Positions 1 through 10,276 of a stretch of 64,000 bases of DNA are shown here, in pieces (positions within the stretch are counted from its first letter, which is position 1; each line of letters starts with the position of its first letter). The DNA is taken from sequence record NC_070936.1. One strand, 5' to 3'. The position numbers and the translations under genes are program-made. The notes beneath the pieces were generated by a model. It had not been told where the DNA came from. It did no database searches and saw only the letters and a list, made by a program, of their open reading frames with translations.

Positions 1-1501
1 CGTCGATCTTACCTTGGTTAGACATATTCATTAATGTATTATAATCATTCTTAACAACCAGGAATGGTGTTTGGTTAGTGATATCAAAAACAGAACGCGC
101 TAACAAAGTCACACGTTTACCGTTATCAATACCCCAGCCAGTACCAATCATATTTTCAAGAGAGGTAGTTAAAGAACCCACATGTGTGCCGATAGAACTG
201 TTAAAGCGAGCTACTGTATCATCCTGGTACAGTTTATCATCTTGCAGAGGTAAGTTCTTGGTAACGCGATACAGACGACTAGTGACCTGGTCAATTGACT
301 TAACAGACGAATAACCATTTTCCAGCAAGAACTGGGAAACGTCAGAGTTACTCACTGGAATCAAACGACGACGGTGACCATAGATCTGTTGTTCCTTCAA
401 TTGCGCAAATGGCATTGAGTTACGACCACCGGTAATAGGTTCAAGCGAATCAATCAACACATCGTTAATAGAACGGAATGGAGCTTCATACTGATTCAGC
501 TTACCTTTATCGTTATTGTAGTTGTAATACTCGGCACTATGGTACTGAGCTTTCAACGTAGTCAAGTCACGATAGTATTGACCTTTGGTGGTATAAACCA
601 AAATGGTAATACGACCAATACCGGTCCCATTCTGAACATACACGGATGGAAGAGAAGCAACAAAGCTACCCGTACCCAAATCAGTGGTACCGTTAGTATC
701 CTGCAGATCAATGGTCAGTGTTGGTTGAATAGGATCATAAATATCGTTATTGAATACGACAGCCATTTCATTGCGAATGTTAGTTCCTTCAGGTGTTATA
801 AAGGCACGTACCGCATAAAGGCTATCTGAGAACTGAACTTGTTCACGGAAACCAGAAGACTGGTTGACCGGGCGGTTAGGTAGTTCAGTAATTTCCAATT
901 GACGGAGAGGCAGATGAATAGAGAGATATTGACGACGATCAATATTCAAGTAATCAACATCTGGTGTATTGGAGCTTAAAGGGTTCAAAGGAGATTGGCG
1001 AGCAACGTCATAAACAACCTGATATCCACCATGATCCATTACTCGAATCTCAACCGGGTTTTCCAGCAAGAAAGGAATGTCTGCAATAGTGAAGCGAGTA
1101 TCACCTGGGATAACTAATTTACGATAAGAGTTATCAAGATTACCACTTGGTTCATTAAAGCGAACTGAATAACGATCCAGTGATTCTTCACTAATAATGA
1201 AACGAATTGCCGTTTGAGATGGATCAGCAAATACACCATACCAATCTTCATCCGACATTACCTGAGCAAGGTCAGAAATGTTTCTGGCATGTACTGCATA
1301 ACTTCTTGCTTCAGAATCACCCAGTCTCGAAATGAAACCAAAGTTAGTTCCAACTACCAGATCGACCATATAGCTAAATGGATGACCTGAACCATTAAGA
1401 GTACCAAAACCCTGATCGAACGATGCTTCAATATCGTTAAAGATAGTTGAGATTGCACGAGCAGGGTTATTGGCTGTACGATTTAACTCATCGAAATCCA
1501 T
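1..1501 (-). CDS. Virion structural protein, probable baseplate wedge (phiKZ gp87-like position); 5' part only, runs off the window start
   Basis: Missing from the ORF track because it is truncated. Read by hand: ATG at 1501 (minus strand) after AAGGTAAATT gives MDFDELNRTANNPARAISTIFNDIEASF..., with no stop seen down to position 2 (about 500 aa). Product call is from synteny with the phiKZ head/baseplate block. Confidence 0.7.
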   Translation of the reverse strand, partial: MDFDELNRTANNPARAISTIFNDIEASFDQGFGTLNGSGHPFSYMVDLVVGTNFGFISRLGDSEARSYAVHARNISDLAQVMSDEDWYGVFADPSQTAIRFIISEESLDRYSVRFNEPSGNLDNSYRKLVIPGDTRFTIADIPFLLENPVEIRVMDHGGYQVVYDVARQSPLNPLSSNTPDVDYLNIDRRQYLSIHLPLRQLEITELPNRPVNQSSGFREQVQFSDSLYAVRAFITPEGTNIRNEMAVVFNNDIYDPIQPTLTIDLQDTNGTTDLGTGSFVASLPSVYVQNGTGIGRITILVYTTKGQYYRDLTTLKAQYHSAEYYNYNNDKGKLNQYEAPFRSINDVLIDSLEPITGGRNSMPFAQLKEQQIYGHRRRLIPVSNSDVSQFLLENGYSSVKSIDQVTSRLYRVTKNLPLQDDKLYQDDTVARFNSSIGTHVGSLTTSLENMIGTGWGIDNGKRVTLLARSVFDITNQTPFLVVKNDYNTLMNMSNQGKID

Positions 1502-1509
1502 AATTTACC

Positions 1510-2595
1510 TTACGCTGTTTTAGGGACCCACCAGGTCAGCTTGATACCAGTACGTAGTGCAGTCCTACCACCTTCACCCTTTACTTCACCTTGGCGTGGG
1601 AGTAATAAAGGATAAGCTCCATAGTTGTAGGGGATGTACTCCTTGGCATTCAGCTCACGGAAATACGTATTTCGCATTTCTGGTCTGAGTCTTGGGTTAT
1701 ACATAAATGAATGTTCATTGAAGGACTGGATTAGTCCCCACTCATCAAATCTCATACCCACTGAAGCGAACTGGATGGTAAAGTCATCCTGACCTTCACC
1801 ACGCAAAGTGTTGGAGGTATTATCGATATCAGCAATGGAACCTGCTGGATAAGTAACAGGTATGGATTGAACGGTGGCAAAGATATGTTCCAGATACTCA
1901 GTATCTTTGTTCATTATCAAGTGATAGATACGACAGTCATAATCTATACGGTTAGACATTAAGTACCAATCTCTAGGTGTTACTTGCCGGTCACCAGAAA
2001 CAACTTCAGAAATATAGTCTTCCCAGATTTGGAATAGACCTTGTATAACTGAAGGTTTGGGGTTGAAGTAAGTTTGGTTGATAGTGAATGCACTGTTATC
2101 TTCCAGCTTACTAGAGACTCGTTGGTAAACCTGTTGACGCAAACCTGGATCAGTTGTATCTATTTGGAGTTGTAAATCTCCGAATCCTGTAGAGGTTTTA
2201 AGATATTCTGTCAGGCACGTAATAAAAGGCATTTGGTTATCAAGAGCAACATTGGGATTACTTGCAGCCCAACGCTCATCCAACATCCCTCTTATATATC
2301 CCGACATACTGTATTGGCTAGCACCATATAAGCTAACTAATTTTTCTGAACGACTAATATTGTCATCGGTCAAATTGAGTTGCGGACGGGTCACAAGGGC
2401 CAATCCTATGGTGTTATCGGCCAGAGGCATCATTGCCGGGCCTTTACCAAGTATCCTTAGTCCTCTTAAGGAATTGATAAGTGGTGAAGTATAACCAGGT
2501 GAAGTACCCATCAAAAGGCTAGCGTCAAAGATCTCTCTGCGCTTTTCTAGGTTCTCCCCTGAATAATTTGTAAAATTATTTTCATCTTGATCCAT
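1510..2595 (-). CDS. Virion structural protein, probable baseplate/tail-tube-initiator-like (phiKZ gp88-like)
   Basis: 361-aa ORF with RBS (AGGTTT); VTRPQLNL...NQMPFI motif recalled from this family; divergent from the head protein array. Confidence 0.6.
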   Translation of the reverse strand: MDQDENNFTNYSGENLEKRREIFDASLLMGTSPGYTSPLINSLRGLRILGKGPAMMPLADNTIGLALVTRPQLNLTDDNISRSEKLVSLYGASQYSMSGYIRGMLDERWAASNPNVALDNQMPFITCLTEYLKTSTGFGDLQLQIDTTDPGLRQQVYQRVSSKLEDNSAFTINQTYFNPKPSVIQGLFQIWEDYISEVVSGDRQVTPRDWYLMSNRIDYDCRIYHLIMNKDTEYLEHIFATVQSIPVTYPAGSIADIDNTSNTLRGEGQDDFTIQFASVGMRFDEWGLIQSFNEHSFMYNPRLRPEMRNTYFRELNAKEYIPYNYGAYPLLLPRQGEVKGEGGRTALRTGIKLTWWVPKTA

Positions 2596-2621
2596 ATATA
2601 AACCTCGAACGGAGCATAGTA

Positions 2622-3710
2622 ATGATTCCTCAAATTCTTACCTTTGGGCCCATGATCGCCCAACTCGCCAAAAGCTTTGGCGCTAATAAGGATAAGGCAG
2701 ACGCAGCCAAAACGATGTTGGAAGGTGCTGCCGCGACATATGATGTCCTAAAAACAGGTAGCATTTCCCAGTCCGCTGGTAAAACCCTTATCGCCCCGAT
2801 GGTGGCTATTGAAGACACATTGATTCACCAGGAATACATGGCTGACTTAATGCAAGTTGTCAATATCCGCGATATCAAAGATACCTTAACTCACTTGTCC
2901 ATGCAGGGTGAAGTAAATGGTATTAAAATCAGCCAACTGGTAGATTCTATCAACCCACGTCGTGCTGGTCTGTTGTCTCTGGCTGGTGCTGAAGCTTTCG
3001 GCGCACCTGCAACCAAATCAGGTAAACAGGGTAATCAGGTAGTTGAAGGTCGTGTTACCGTTAATGGCAAACAAATGGCTGACCTGACCGAATACCAACC
3101 TCTTGCAGTTGGTCGTACCGTTGAAGCTTCCGTTTATATCGATGGTCACAACGTCACCTTCCCGCTGAACTTCCGTCAAATTCCAGTACCAGTCTCTGCA
3201 AATGATCTTCAAACGATCTTTGAAGCAGCTCGTCCAGAAGACGGTATGTACGCTCGTTTCATGATGTGGCGTGCTGGTGAGATCACCGGACCTGAGTTCC
3301 TGATGGGTACTGATGAAATCAAACGTGAATTCAATATCCGTAAAGATGACCTGTCTGGTTATTATGCTGAAGCTAACGCACGTGCAGAGAAAAACCGTAT
3401 CGCTTCCCTGCGTACTGGTGTAATGTCAGTAAACACCGAAGCTAACACCATCATCATGTCCGCCGATACCGCTCGCAACATCGAACTGGAATTGGGTGTT
3501 TCCTTTGATTCCAAAGGTATTGCTAAGATCCGTAAATCGGTGCTGGCAAATACCATTATTGTTGTAGATGACGGTATGGGCATCTTTACCTTCTATTCTT
3601 CTGCGACCTCTCGTCCTGAAGTCTATACTCGTCGTGAAATCACCGTGACTGCCAAGAAGGATACTTCTCTGGACCTGGCGTCTCTCATGAAAATGTTTAA
3701 CGGGCGTTAA
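2622..3710 (+). CDS. Internal head protein (phiKZ gp89-like)
   Basis: 362 aa, GGAG RBS, optimal codon usage, putative prohead-protease site AGAE|AF; first gene of the head array. Confidence 0.65.
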   Translation: MIPQILTFGPMIAQLAKSFGANKDKADAAKTMLEGAAATYDVLKTGSISQSAGKTLIAPMVAIEDTLIHQEYMADLMQVVNIRDIKDTLTHLSMQGEVNGIKISQLVDSINPRRAGLLSLAGAEAFGAPATKSGKQGNQVVEGRVTVNGKQMADLTEYQPLAVGRTVEASVYIDGHNVTFPLNFRQIPVPVSANDLQTIFEAARPEDGMYARFMMWRAGEITGPEFLMGTDEIKREFNIRKDDLSGYYAEANARAEKNRIASLRTGVMSVNTEANTIIMSADTARNIELELGVSFDSKGIAKIRKSVLANTIIVVDDGMGIFTFYSSATSRPEVYTRREITVTAKKDTSLDLASLMKMFNGR

Positions 3711-3712
3711 TA

Positions 3713-4597
3713 ATGATCATTATCTCAGAAACTCCAAAACTGGACGTACTGATTGCCATTGATACTGAAATGGCTACGGTAGCTGGTCTGCGTGATACCA
3801 TCGATCTGTTGAAAGATGGCGATCCAGAAAACATGAAGCTGGCTGAAGAAGCTGTACAGAAGAACGCTGTTCTGCGTGGTATCGAAAACGATCTGAAACG
3901 TACGCTGTCGCCTTCTGTTACTTTCCTTAGCGCTATTGAAGATGCTCTGGATCAATTGAACCTGTGGCTTCCTAAGCTGCGTGAACGTATCGCTAAATCT
4001 CCAACTAAGATTTACGATAAAGAAACTATTACGTTCCGTGAAAAAGGTGTGCTGGATACTGTCTCTAGCATTAACTTCTGGAACCGTTATGCTACTATGG
4101 CTATCGACATTATTATCGATCAAGCCACTAAACAGCAAGACGTTTCTAAGCTGCTGACCAAAGTTGATCTTCAGTTCTTCAATGACACCCCTAAATACTT
4201 CGGTCATCTGACTGTTAAGTTCTCTGACTCCATCAAGAATCTGGAAACGATGATTGATAACCTGTCTGATGAAACTTACGATGAGATCTCTGAACAGGTT
4301 ATTGAAGCCGCATCTGGTATCGATTCTGTTTCAGTACAGAAGAACCTGGCACCACACCAGCTGAACCCGCTGCACTGGTACAAAATGCGCCGTATGCGTA
4401 AAGACATCAACAAGATCCAATCTAACGTTGAAAGCATTAACATGCTGGCAATGAAGATTGCTCGTCTGAACAACCGTCGCAATGGTTCTGAAGATCCATC
4501 CCTGGATCGCCAGATCGAAACTTACCAGGACGCTATCATTAAGAAACGCGCCCAGAACATCGCAATCGAGGCTAAGTATAATGGCGACAGAGTTTAA
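3713..4597 (+). CDS. Internal head protein (phiKZ gp90-like)
   Basis: 294-aa helical ORF, optimal codons, tightly coupled to the previous gene (TAATAATG). Confidence 0.6.
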   Translation: MIIISETPKLDVLIAIDTEMATVAGLRDTIDLLKDGDPENMKLAEEAVQKNAVLRGIENDLKRTLSPSVTFLSAIEDALDQLNLWLPKLRERIAKSPTKIYDKETITFREKGVLDTVSSINFWNRYATMAIDIIIDQATKQQDVSKLLTKVDLQFFNDTPKYFGHLTVKFSDSIKNLETMIDNLSDETYDEISEQVIEAASGIDSVSVQKNLAPHQLNPLHWYKMRRMRKDINKIQSNVESINMLAMKIARLNNRRNGSEDPSLDRQIETYQDAIIKKRAQNIAIEAKYNGDRV

Positions 4598-5111
4598 GCA
4601 TCTTAAATTCGGTTTGGTTCCATCCTCGTTCGATACAGCTACTCTTGAAAACTCAGAAACCATCATTAAAGCTTTCCTGGCACAATTTGCTAGTTTCAAG
4701 CTGATGGATGATGCAAGCGCTCATGCTGAGATCTTTGTCACCACTCGCCGTTATATCGGTAGCGACTTCCGTAATTGGTTGATCGTTAACTTCCGTAATG
4801 GCGGTGGTGCTCGTAAAGAACTGTGTCGGAAAATCGTTGGTTGGATTGGCGGTCGTTTATCTGAACGTACTGTGCTTAACCAACTGGGGATCGATATCAA
4901 CTCCCTTAAAGGTACTTCGGTACGTAATGAGCCAATTAAGACCTCAGTGATCTACAATGAGTACGACGCTGCTCGCGATCATTTCAAAGTCGAGAATGTT
5001 GACTTCTCCATTATTGAAGATCGTCACTTGTATGATTTCCTGGCACTGATTGGTCCAGAACTGGCAGCTAAATTCTGCTTAAGTTTGGATGGTATCTACT
5101 ATGACCGATAG
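4581..5111 (+). CDS. Conserved hypothetical/virion protein (phiKZ gp91-like position)
   Basis: Likely start is ATG 4581 (MATEFKHLK...), overlapping the previous stop; the ORF track extension to 4482 lies inside the previous gene. Confidence 0.6.
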   Translation: MATEFKHLKFGLVPSSFDTATLENSETIIKAFLAQFASFKLMDDASAHAEIFVTTRRYIGSDFRNWLIVNFRNGGGARKELCRKIVGWIGGRLSERTVLNQLGIDINSLKGTSVRNEPIKTSVIYNEYDAARDHFKVENVDFSIIEDRHLYDFLALIGPELAAKFCLSLDGIYYDR

Positions 5112-6384
5112 TAATGCTAATAACGTTATTAACGATCTGAAGATGGCCGAGATCTCCTTGGCCAAAGTTCCTAACATCGAACAGCTCGCAACTGACGCTA
5201 AAAGTGTTATGGAAAACTTCAGAACAAATATTAATATCAAAGAACAAGTTGAGAATGCGCTGGACACTATTGAACAGCGCAGTGACTATCAGCTTGATCT
5301 CGGTACTGTAGCTGAAGTAGATCAGGTCATTAGTAAATACTCCAATGTGGTTGTAAAGGACGGTACTCCATTAATTAGTGGAACAGAGGCATTCGGTTTA
5401 ACACTTATGCCTTCTGAGTGGCGTTCTACTCGTGCAGCTGCATTGAGAGAAATCCTGAGCGAGACTTATAAGAATATCAAACGTTGGGCTAACCAACTGT
5501 CTGATAACTTCCAAACTCGTTGGGTTGAACTGATGACAACTACCGATGTTTTAGAAAGTCGTTTAGAGTCTCTAGACGCCACTATGGACATCGTTACCAA
5601 TATTGTTGACGGAACTACATCTTTAGAGTTAAATGAGCTTATAGCTCGCTCTATCTCCAAAAATGGCCGTGTTCTGACTGGAGATGTTGGTAAGTCACTT
5701 CAAGGTGAGATTAATTACATCCTACTGTGTCTTCGTGCATGGGAAATGGAACAGGTTAAATTCAAGAACTCTGTTATCCGTTATTTTGGTAATGAGCGTA
5801 ATAAAGACATTACCGATATCGTACGCGAACTACCTAAGTTGTTTGACCAGCGTAATAAACTGGAAGATGACAACCAGGGAATGCTGACCAGTAAACTCAC
5901 CCGCCCTATGTTAGACGATTATGCTTTTGAAGGCATTACTCTTGAACCTAGCTGGATTAAGAGTAATATTAAATCAGAAGCTGATAACACCACTTATGCT
6001 GATGCGCTTTCCTATACCGGTTATCGCGTTAAAGCACCGAGTGACAAAAGTCGTGTAGGGAAGACTACAGTTCCGGTAATGCCATTGTCTCAAATGTATG
6101 TCATTCGTGACTCCATCGAGGCGATCATTAACAAACTGAAGAATATGAACGTTGAAGATGATCCGGTGAACTTCAATCCAGATGACGTCAAAGATGTCCT
6201 GAATACCTTGAAGAATTCTCCAACCACCGAAGATCAACGCGCATACCAATACGGTTTGATCACTGCTGATTATCAGTATGACGTTAACCAGTTCAAAACG
6301 CAGACTTCTAATATGCTGACTGTTCTGGCTAGTCATCTCATCACCATGTTAAATCAACATCTGGGATGTTACAATGTCGAGTAA
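5089..6384 (+). CDS. Internal head protein (phiKZ gp92-like)
   Basis: 431-aa ORF (alternative start ATG 5101); SGTE|AF putative cleavage site; lies in the head array. Confidence 0.6.
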   Translation: MVSTMTDSNANNVINDLKMAEISLAKVPNIEQLATDAKSVMENFRTNINIKEQVENALDTIEQRSDYQLDLGTVAEVDQVISKYSNVVVKDGTPLISGTEAFGLTLMPSEWRSTRAAALREILSETYKNIKRWANQLSDNFQTRWVELMTTTDVLESRLESLDATMDIVTNIVDGTTSLELNELIARSISKNGRVLTGDVGKSLQGEINYILLCLRAWEMEQVKFKNSVIRYFGNERNKDITDIVRELPKLFDQRNKLEDDNQGMLTSKLTRPMLDDYAFEGITLEPSWIKSNIKSEADNTTYADALSYTGYRVKAPSDKSRVGKTTVPVMPLSQMYVIRDSIEAIINKLKNMNVEDDPVNFNPDDVKDVLNTLKNSPTTEDQRAYQYGLITADYQYDVNQFKTQTSNMLTVLASHLITMLNQHLGCYNVE

Positions 6385-7336
6385 TGACTTTCGTCAAGCT
6401 CAACGTGATTTAACCAAACAGCTACACACTGTGGAGGGATGTGAATCCCTCCTCGGTGACGCTTATTCAAAGGTTAAAGAAGCTGGAGCTACCATTAGTA
6501 AAAGTGTTGCTAATAAAGCTATTGATGCCACAGCAAGTGGTTTAAAGCGTGCAAACACTGAGCTAATTAAATTGGTAGGATCTCGTCGTTTGTTTATCTC
6601 CCATATCTTTAGTAAAGCCAAAAAAGATGACCGGGCACAGATTGAAGTTACATTTCCTAAAACTCTATTGAGCAAGATTACTCGTGACGGTAATCCCGAT
6701 GACATCATTCCTTCTGTTGATGTCCTGAGTAGAAATGTGGATTCTATACTGAAGTACGGTAAAGAACTCGAAGGCTATTATGCTAAAGAGCTAGAGATTC
6801 TCAAAGGCATCGAGAAAATTAAAACCACAGAAGACGCAGCCAGATTAGTCAACCGGCTGGAAGAGTTACGGTATCCAACAATGAAGTTGAATAACCAAAG
6901 TAATTCTATGTCTCAAAGTGAGTGGTTGCCAGGTGGATATGCGTTTGGTTTCAATTCTGAAACAGGGTCTATTACCTTTGTTGAAGATGAGGAATTCGCA
7001 ACGACTGAGATTGAAGATAACTTTACAGTAGCTGACATTAAGACACTTCTGACTAAGTTAAATACTTTGACCTCACATTACCAAGACGCCTCAAAGTTAT
7101 CCAATAGTTATGTGAATCATTTAAAAACCTTCAATACTGTGGTGGTTAAATCATTCAAACATTTGGACTCTCTTAAAGGTGAGATCTCAACTAGTTTGTT
7201 GAATGATCTCAAGGACCGTCTGAATGGAGACCAACTAGTCTTTACATTCTTTGTCGGATCTTTGCCAAAAGTAATGGTTCGCCTCGACGATTATGTGGAT
7301 ACATTGTCGTCCTACTTAAGTAAACAATTTAATTAA
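6374..7336 (+). CDS. Internal head protein, phiKZ gp93-97-like paralog family
   Basis: 320 aa; EGCE|SL site near the N terminus followed by a basic helical segment, as in neighbouring paralogs. Confidence 0.55.
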   Translation: MSSNDFRQAQRDLTKQLHTVEGCESLLGDAYSKVKEAGATISKSVANKAIDATASGLKRANTELIKLVGSRRLFISHIFSKAKKDDRAQIEVTFPKTLLSKITRDGNPDDIIPSVDVLSRNVDSILKYGKELEGYYAKELEILKGIEKIKTTEDAARLVNRLEELRYPTMKLNNQSNSMSQSEWLPGGYAFGFNSETGSITFVEDEEFATTEIEDNFTVADIKTLLTKLNTLTSHYQDASKLSNSYVNHLKTFNTVVVKSFKHLDSLKGEISTSLLNDLKDRLNGDQLVFTFFVGSLPKVMVRLDDYVDTLSSYLSKQFN

Positions 7337-7373
7337 ATCGTTTTAACTCTTTCTATAGAAAAAGGTATTAACT

Positions 7374-8597
7374 ATGTCTCTTAAGAACGTTTTCGCTTCT
7401 ATCGCTGGTCAAGAATCTGCAGATCTGGATCCGGCACTGGCTGGTATCGTTGAAGTAACCGCTGAAGAAGCAGCAGAAGCAGTGATCGATAAAGAAATCG
7501 CTGAAACTGAAAAATGCATCGCTGAACACGATCACGAAATCGAAAAGCATGAAGATGCTATCGAAGCGATCGAAGAAAAAGTTGAAGAACTGGAAGAAGT
7601 AATCGAAGGCATGGAATCTCAGATGTCTGGTTCTACTCCGTTCAACGCTGGCCTGTTCGCCCACCAGTACGCTCAGGGTGCTAAGATCGTTGCTAAGATG
7701 GGTGCTCCGGTTGAACTGCACGGCGCTGAAAGCTATGCAGACGCTTCTACCGCTAACCTGAACGCTCTGGCTGGTGTTGAGTCCATGAAAGAAACTGCTG
7801 TTAAAGCTGCTGCAGCTGCGAAGAAATTCTTCGTTGAACTGTACAACGGCTTCATCGCAGTTGTTACTGGTCTGTTCAACCGCTTCAAAGGCATCGAGAA
7901 GAAAGCTGCTAACCTGAAAGCTCAGGTTGCTGGTAAAGATGCAGACGCTATCAAAGGCGAAGTTACCCGTACCGGTTCTATGCGTTTCGTTGATGCTAAC
8001 GGTCATGCGCCGAAAGTTGTTGATGCTATCGTTGAAGCTGGTAACACCCTGGCTGCAACCATGGACACCATCAACGCAGGTGGCGTAGTTGACGGTATCG
8101 ATCGTGTTATCGATAAACTGGCTAAGATGGGTACCAAGAAAGTAAACGGCGACGTCGTTGAAATCCACATCAATGGTGGTGTAGTAGCTATCCACGCTCC
8201 TAAAGATGACGCTGATCTGCCTAAAGTTTCTCTGTCTGTTAAAGGCAGCGGTGAAGCTGCTAAAGGTCAGAAACTGGGTAAACCAGCTCTGGAAGCTCTG
8301 TGCAACGAAGTTGCTAAAGACGCTAAGAAACTGCAGATCGCTAAATTCGACAGCCGTGCTCTGACTGCTTCCCGCGACAAAGCTATCGCTCAGATGGAAA
8401 AACGTGGCGCAGAGAAAGACGAAGATCGTAAGAACGTCAAATCTGGCGTTGCTGCAATCAAGAACGGCCATCGTGCTGGTATGAAACTGATCCGTGGCGC
8501 ATTCGGCCTGGCAGGTGACGTACTGGACGGTCAGCTGGCGTTCGTTAAAGCTCACCTGGGTGGTGCCGCTAAGAAAGAAGAAGAAAAAGCTGAGTAA
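7374..8597 (+). CDS. Abundant internal head/ejection protein with long acidic propeptide (phiKZ gp93 / SPN3US gp53-54 type)
   Basis: 407 aa, extreme optimal-codon bias, Glu-rich coiled-coil N terminus with four G-x-E sites (AGQE, EGME, HGAE, AGVE); followed by a terminator. Confidence 0.7.
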   Translation: MSLKNVFASIAGQESADLDPALAGIVEVTAEEAAEAVIDKEIAETEKCIAEHDHEIEKHEDAIEAIEEKVEELEEVIEGMESQMSGSTPFNAGLFAHQYAQGAKIVAKMGAPVELHGAESYADASTANLNALAGVESMKETAVKAAAAAKKFFVELYNGFIAVVTGLFNRFKGIEKKAANLKAQVAGKDADAIKGEVTRTGSMRFVDANGHAPKVVDAIVEAGNTLAATMDTINAGGVVDGIDRVIDKLAKMGTKKVNGDVVEIHINGGVVAIHAPKDDADLPKVSLSVKGSGEAAKGQKLGKPALEALCNEVAKDAKKLQIAKFDSRALTASRDKAIAQMEKRGAEKDEDRKNVKSGVAAIKNGHRAGMKLIRGAFGLAGDVLDGQLAFVKAHLGGAAKKEEEKAE

Positions 8598-8627
8598 TAT
8601 CAGTCTTCTTAAAGCATAATGCTTAAT

Positions 8628-8657
8628 GAGAGTAGGGGCCTTCGGGCTCCTACTCTT
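8628..8657 (+). terminator. Intrinsic terminator-like hairpin (GTAGG family)
   Basis: GAGTAGGGGCC-TTCG-GGCTCCTACTC followed by TTATATGTTT. Confidence 0.75.
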
Positions 8658-8705
8658 ATATGTTTGCTTTTAAGAATACTTTGATCTCACATAGGAGTTA
8701 TTTTA

Positions 8706-9767
8706 ATGACACAAGTTCTTCCTAAGCCGAACGCTCCAAAAGAGTCGACGGATTACATTTATGGTAAGCGCTTAGCTAAATACGAAGATCGAATGAACTT
8801 CTTTCTTAATGAGAAAGTTGACATTGATAAAACCAATGTCAAGGATATTGACGCCGGTACTGTAGACGGTCTAGAAAACCTTGTACAACGTTTTACTAGT
8901 TATGGTAAGCCATCGTTCATTGAGGTGGACGATAGCGGCATGGTTGCCGGGACAGAGGCTTCTGGTAAAGCTAAACGTTTTATTGATATCATTATTCAAG
9001 CAGCCAAAGATGCGGTAGAGTTTATTCTTAACTTTATCAATAACCGTATCGCTAGACTTGATGTTCGTTCTCATCGTGCTGGTTTAGAGCGTAAACGTTC
9101 GGGTATCAAAGATGGGGAAGCTAGATATCCAGCTAGCATCCGTAGACTTATGTTACCGCAAATTACTGGGGGTGATCCTAACTGGGTTCCTCAGTCTCTT
9201 GATAAAGTTCTAGATATTTATAAGAACTCTGTTAAGGGTTATAAATACTTAACCAGTCGTATCGATAAGTGGGAAGGGGCTAATGCTTATGATGTCATCA
9301 AGGAATCTGTTAAAGGTTTCTCTGACATAATGGGTATGAGTTATAAGAATGGTGGTTATCAAACTGATACATTGCCTGGTGTACGACAATTGATCGTTTC
9401 AGCACCAAGCCAAGAAGATCCTACCAAAATAGATGTGTTCTTCAATACAGTTGATGTCGCTGTTAAATTACCTACCCCTACTTTCCATCCGACTAGTAAC
9501 CTGTTGGACAGCACGCTTAACAAAGTAAACTCAATCATTAAAGAAATACGTTCTAACCAATCTACTATGTCTCAGCTTTCACGTAACTTCGAAAAGGCTG
9601 TACGTAAGTTCGAAGCCAACAAGGGTGAAAAGATTGGACCTGAAGAACGTAAGTATTATGAATGGTTGATCCGTTTCAATAAACGAATGATGAACACGGT
9701 TATTCAGTACACTATTTCTGAACTGGATGCTGGGATTGATTTCGTTAATGCAGGGATTGATAAATGA
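8706..9767 (+). CDS. Internal head protein, same paralog family
   Basis: 353 aa, AGGAG RBS, DGLE and AGTE sites followed by a KRFIDIII..KDAVEFILNF helix like other family members. Confidence 0.6.
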   Translation: MTQVLPKPNAPKESTDYIYGKRLAKYEDRMNFFLNEKVDIDKTNVKDIDAGTVDGLENLVQRFTSYGKPSFIEVDDSGMVAGTEASGKAKRFIDIIIQAAKDAVEFILNFINNRIARLDVRSHRAGLERKRSGIKDGEARYPASIRRLMLPQITGGDPNWVPQSLDKVLDIYKNSVKGYKYLTSRIDKWEGANAYDVIKESVKGFSDIMGMSYKNGGYQTDTLPGVRQLIVSAPSQEDPTKIDVFFNTVDVAVKLPTPTFHPTSNLLDSTLNKVNSIIKEIRSNQSTMSQLSRNFEKAVRKFEANKGEKIGPEERKYYEWLIRFNKRMMNTVIQYTISELDAGIDFVNAGIDK

Positions 9768-10276
9768 CAGTTGACGTAATTTCCATTAGTCGTGAAGATA
9801 TAAGAAACTATGTTGTTGACTTATATGAAATAGCTAATGGTTGTCGCGCTACTGTTGATACTAGTTCCTTAGAACCAGAACGGATTTGTGATGGAACGAC
9901 TATGATGCAGAACTCCCAAACTAAATCGGGAGTTCTTATCAACAAAATAAACATTGCTGACTTATTCCCTAACACTATAGATATAACGCAATATAAAGCA
10001 CCACACGGCGTTTTATCTGTAATGCAAGGCGATGATGCAGATTCGTTTAATAATAAGCATGGGAAGCTTCTGGTGAGTCCAGAGATGGACGTTCTTAAAT
10101 CACAAACACCGTTTGCTGTAGAAGACATTAAAGACTTTATTCTTTTTTGTCGTGTATATGGTTTCTGGGAATTGGATATCGGTAGCGTCACATTGATACG
10201 TTACAATGGTAAATTGAGAATTCAAGTTAACCAAGGTAATAAACTTTTTCATGGTTTTATAGAGGTTACTGTATGA
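9764..10276 (+). CDS. Hypothetical protein
   Basis: 170-aa ORF with ATGA overlap on the previous stop; no recognised motif. Confidence 0.6.
   Translation: MTVDVISISREDIRNYVVDLYEIANGCRATVDTSSLEPERICDGTTMMQNSQTKSGVLINKINIADLFPNTIDITQYKAPHGVLSVMQGDDADSFNNKHGKLLVSPEMDVLKSQTPFAVEDIKDFILFCRVYGFWELDIGSVTLIRYNGKLRIQVNQGNKLFHGFIEVTV

Noticed and set aside
78-829. Short plus-strand ORFs at the window start
   Set aside because: They lie antisense to the truncated 1..1501 minus-strand virion gene and show no coding signature.
7368-8555. 395-aa antisense ORF opposite the abundant head protein
   Set aside because: It mirrors the sense gene codon for codon. Strong optimal-codon bias (few TTA/CTA/TCA codons) removes antisense stops, the translation is Phe/Ser-rich with no motif, and no RBS is evident.
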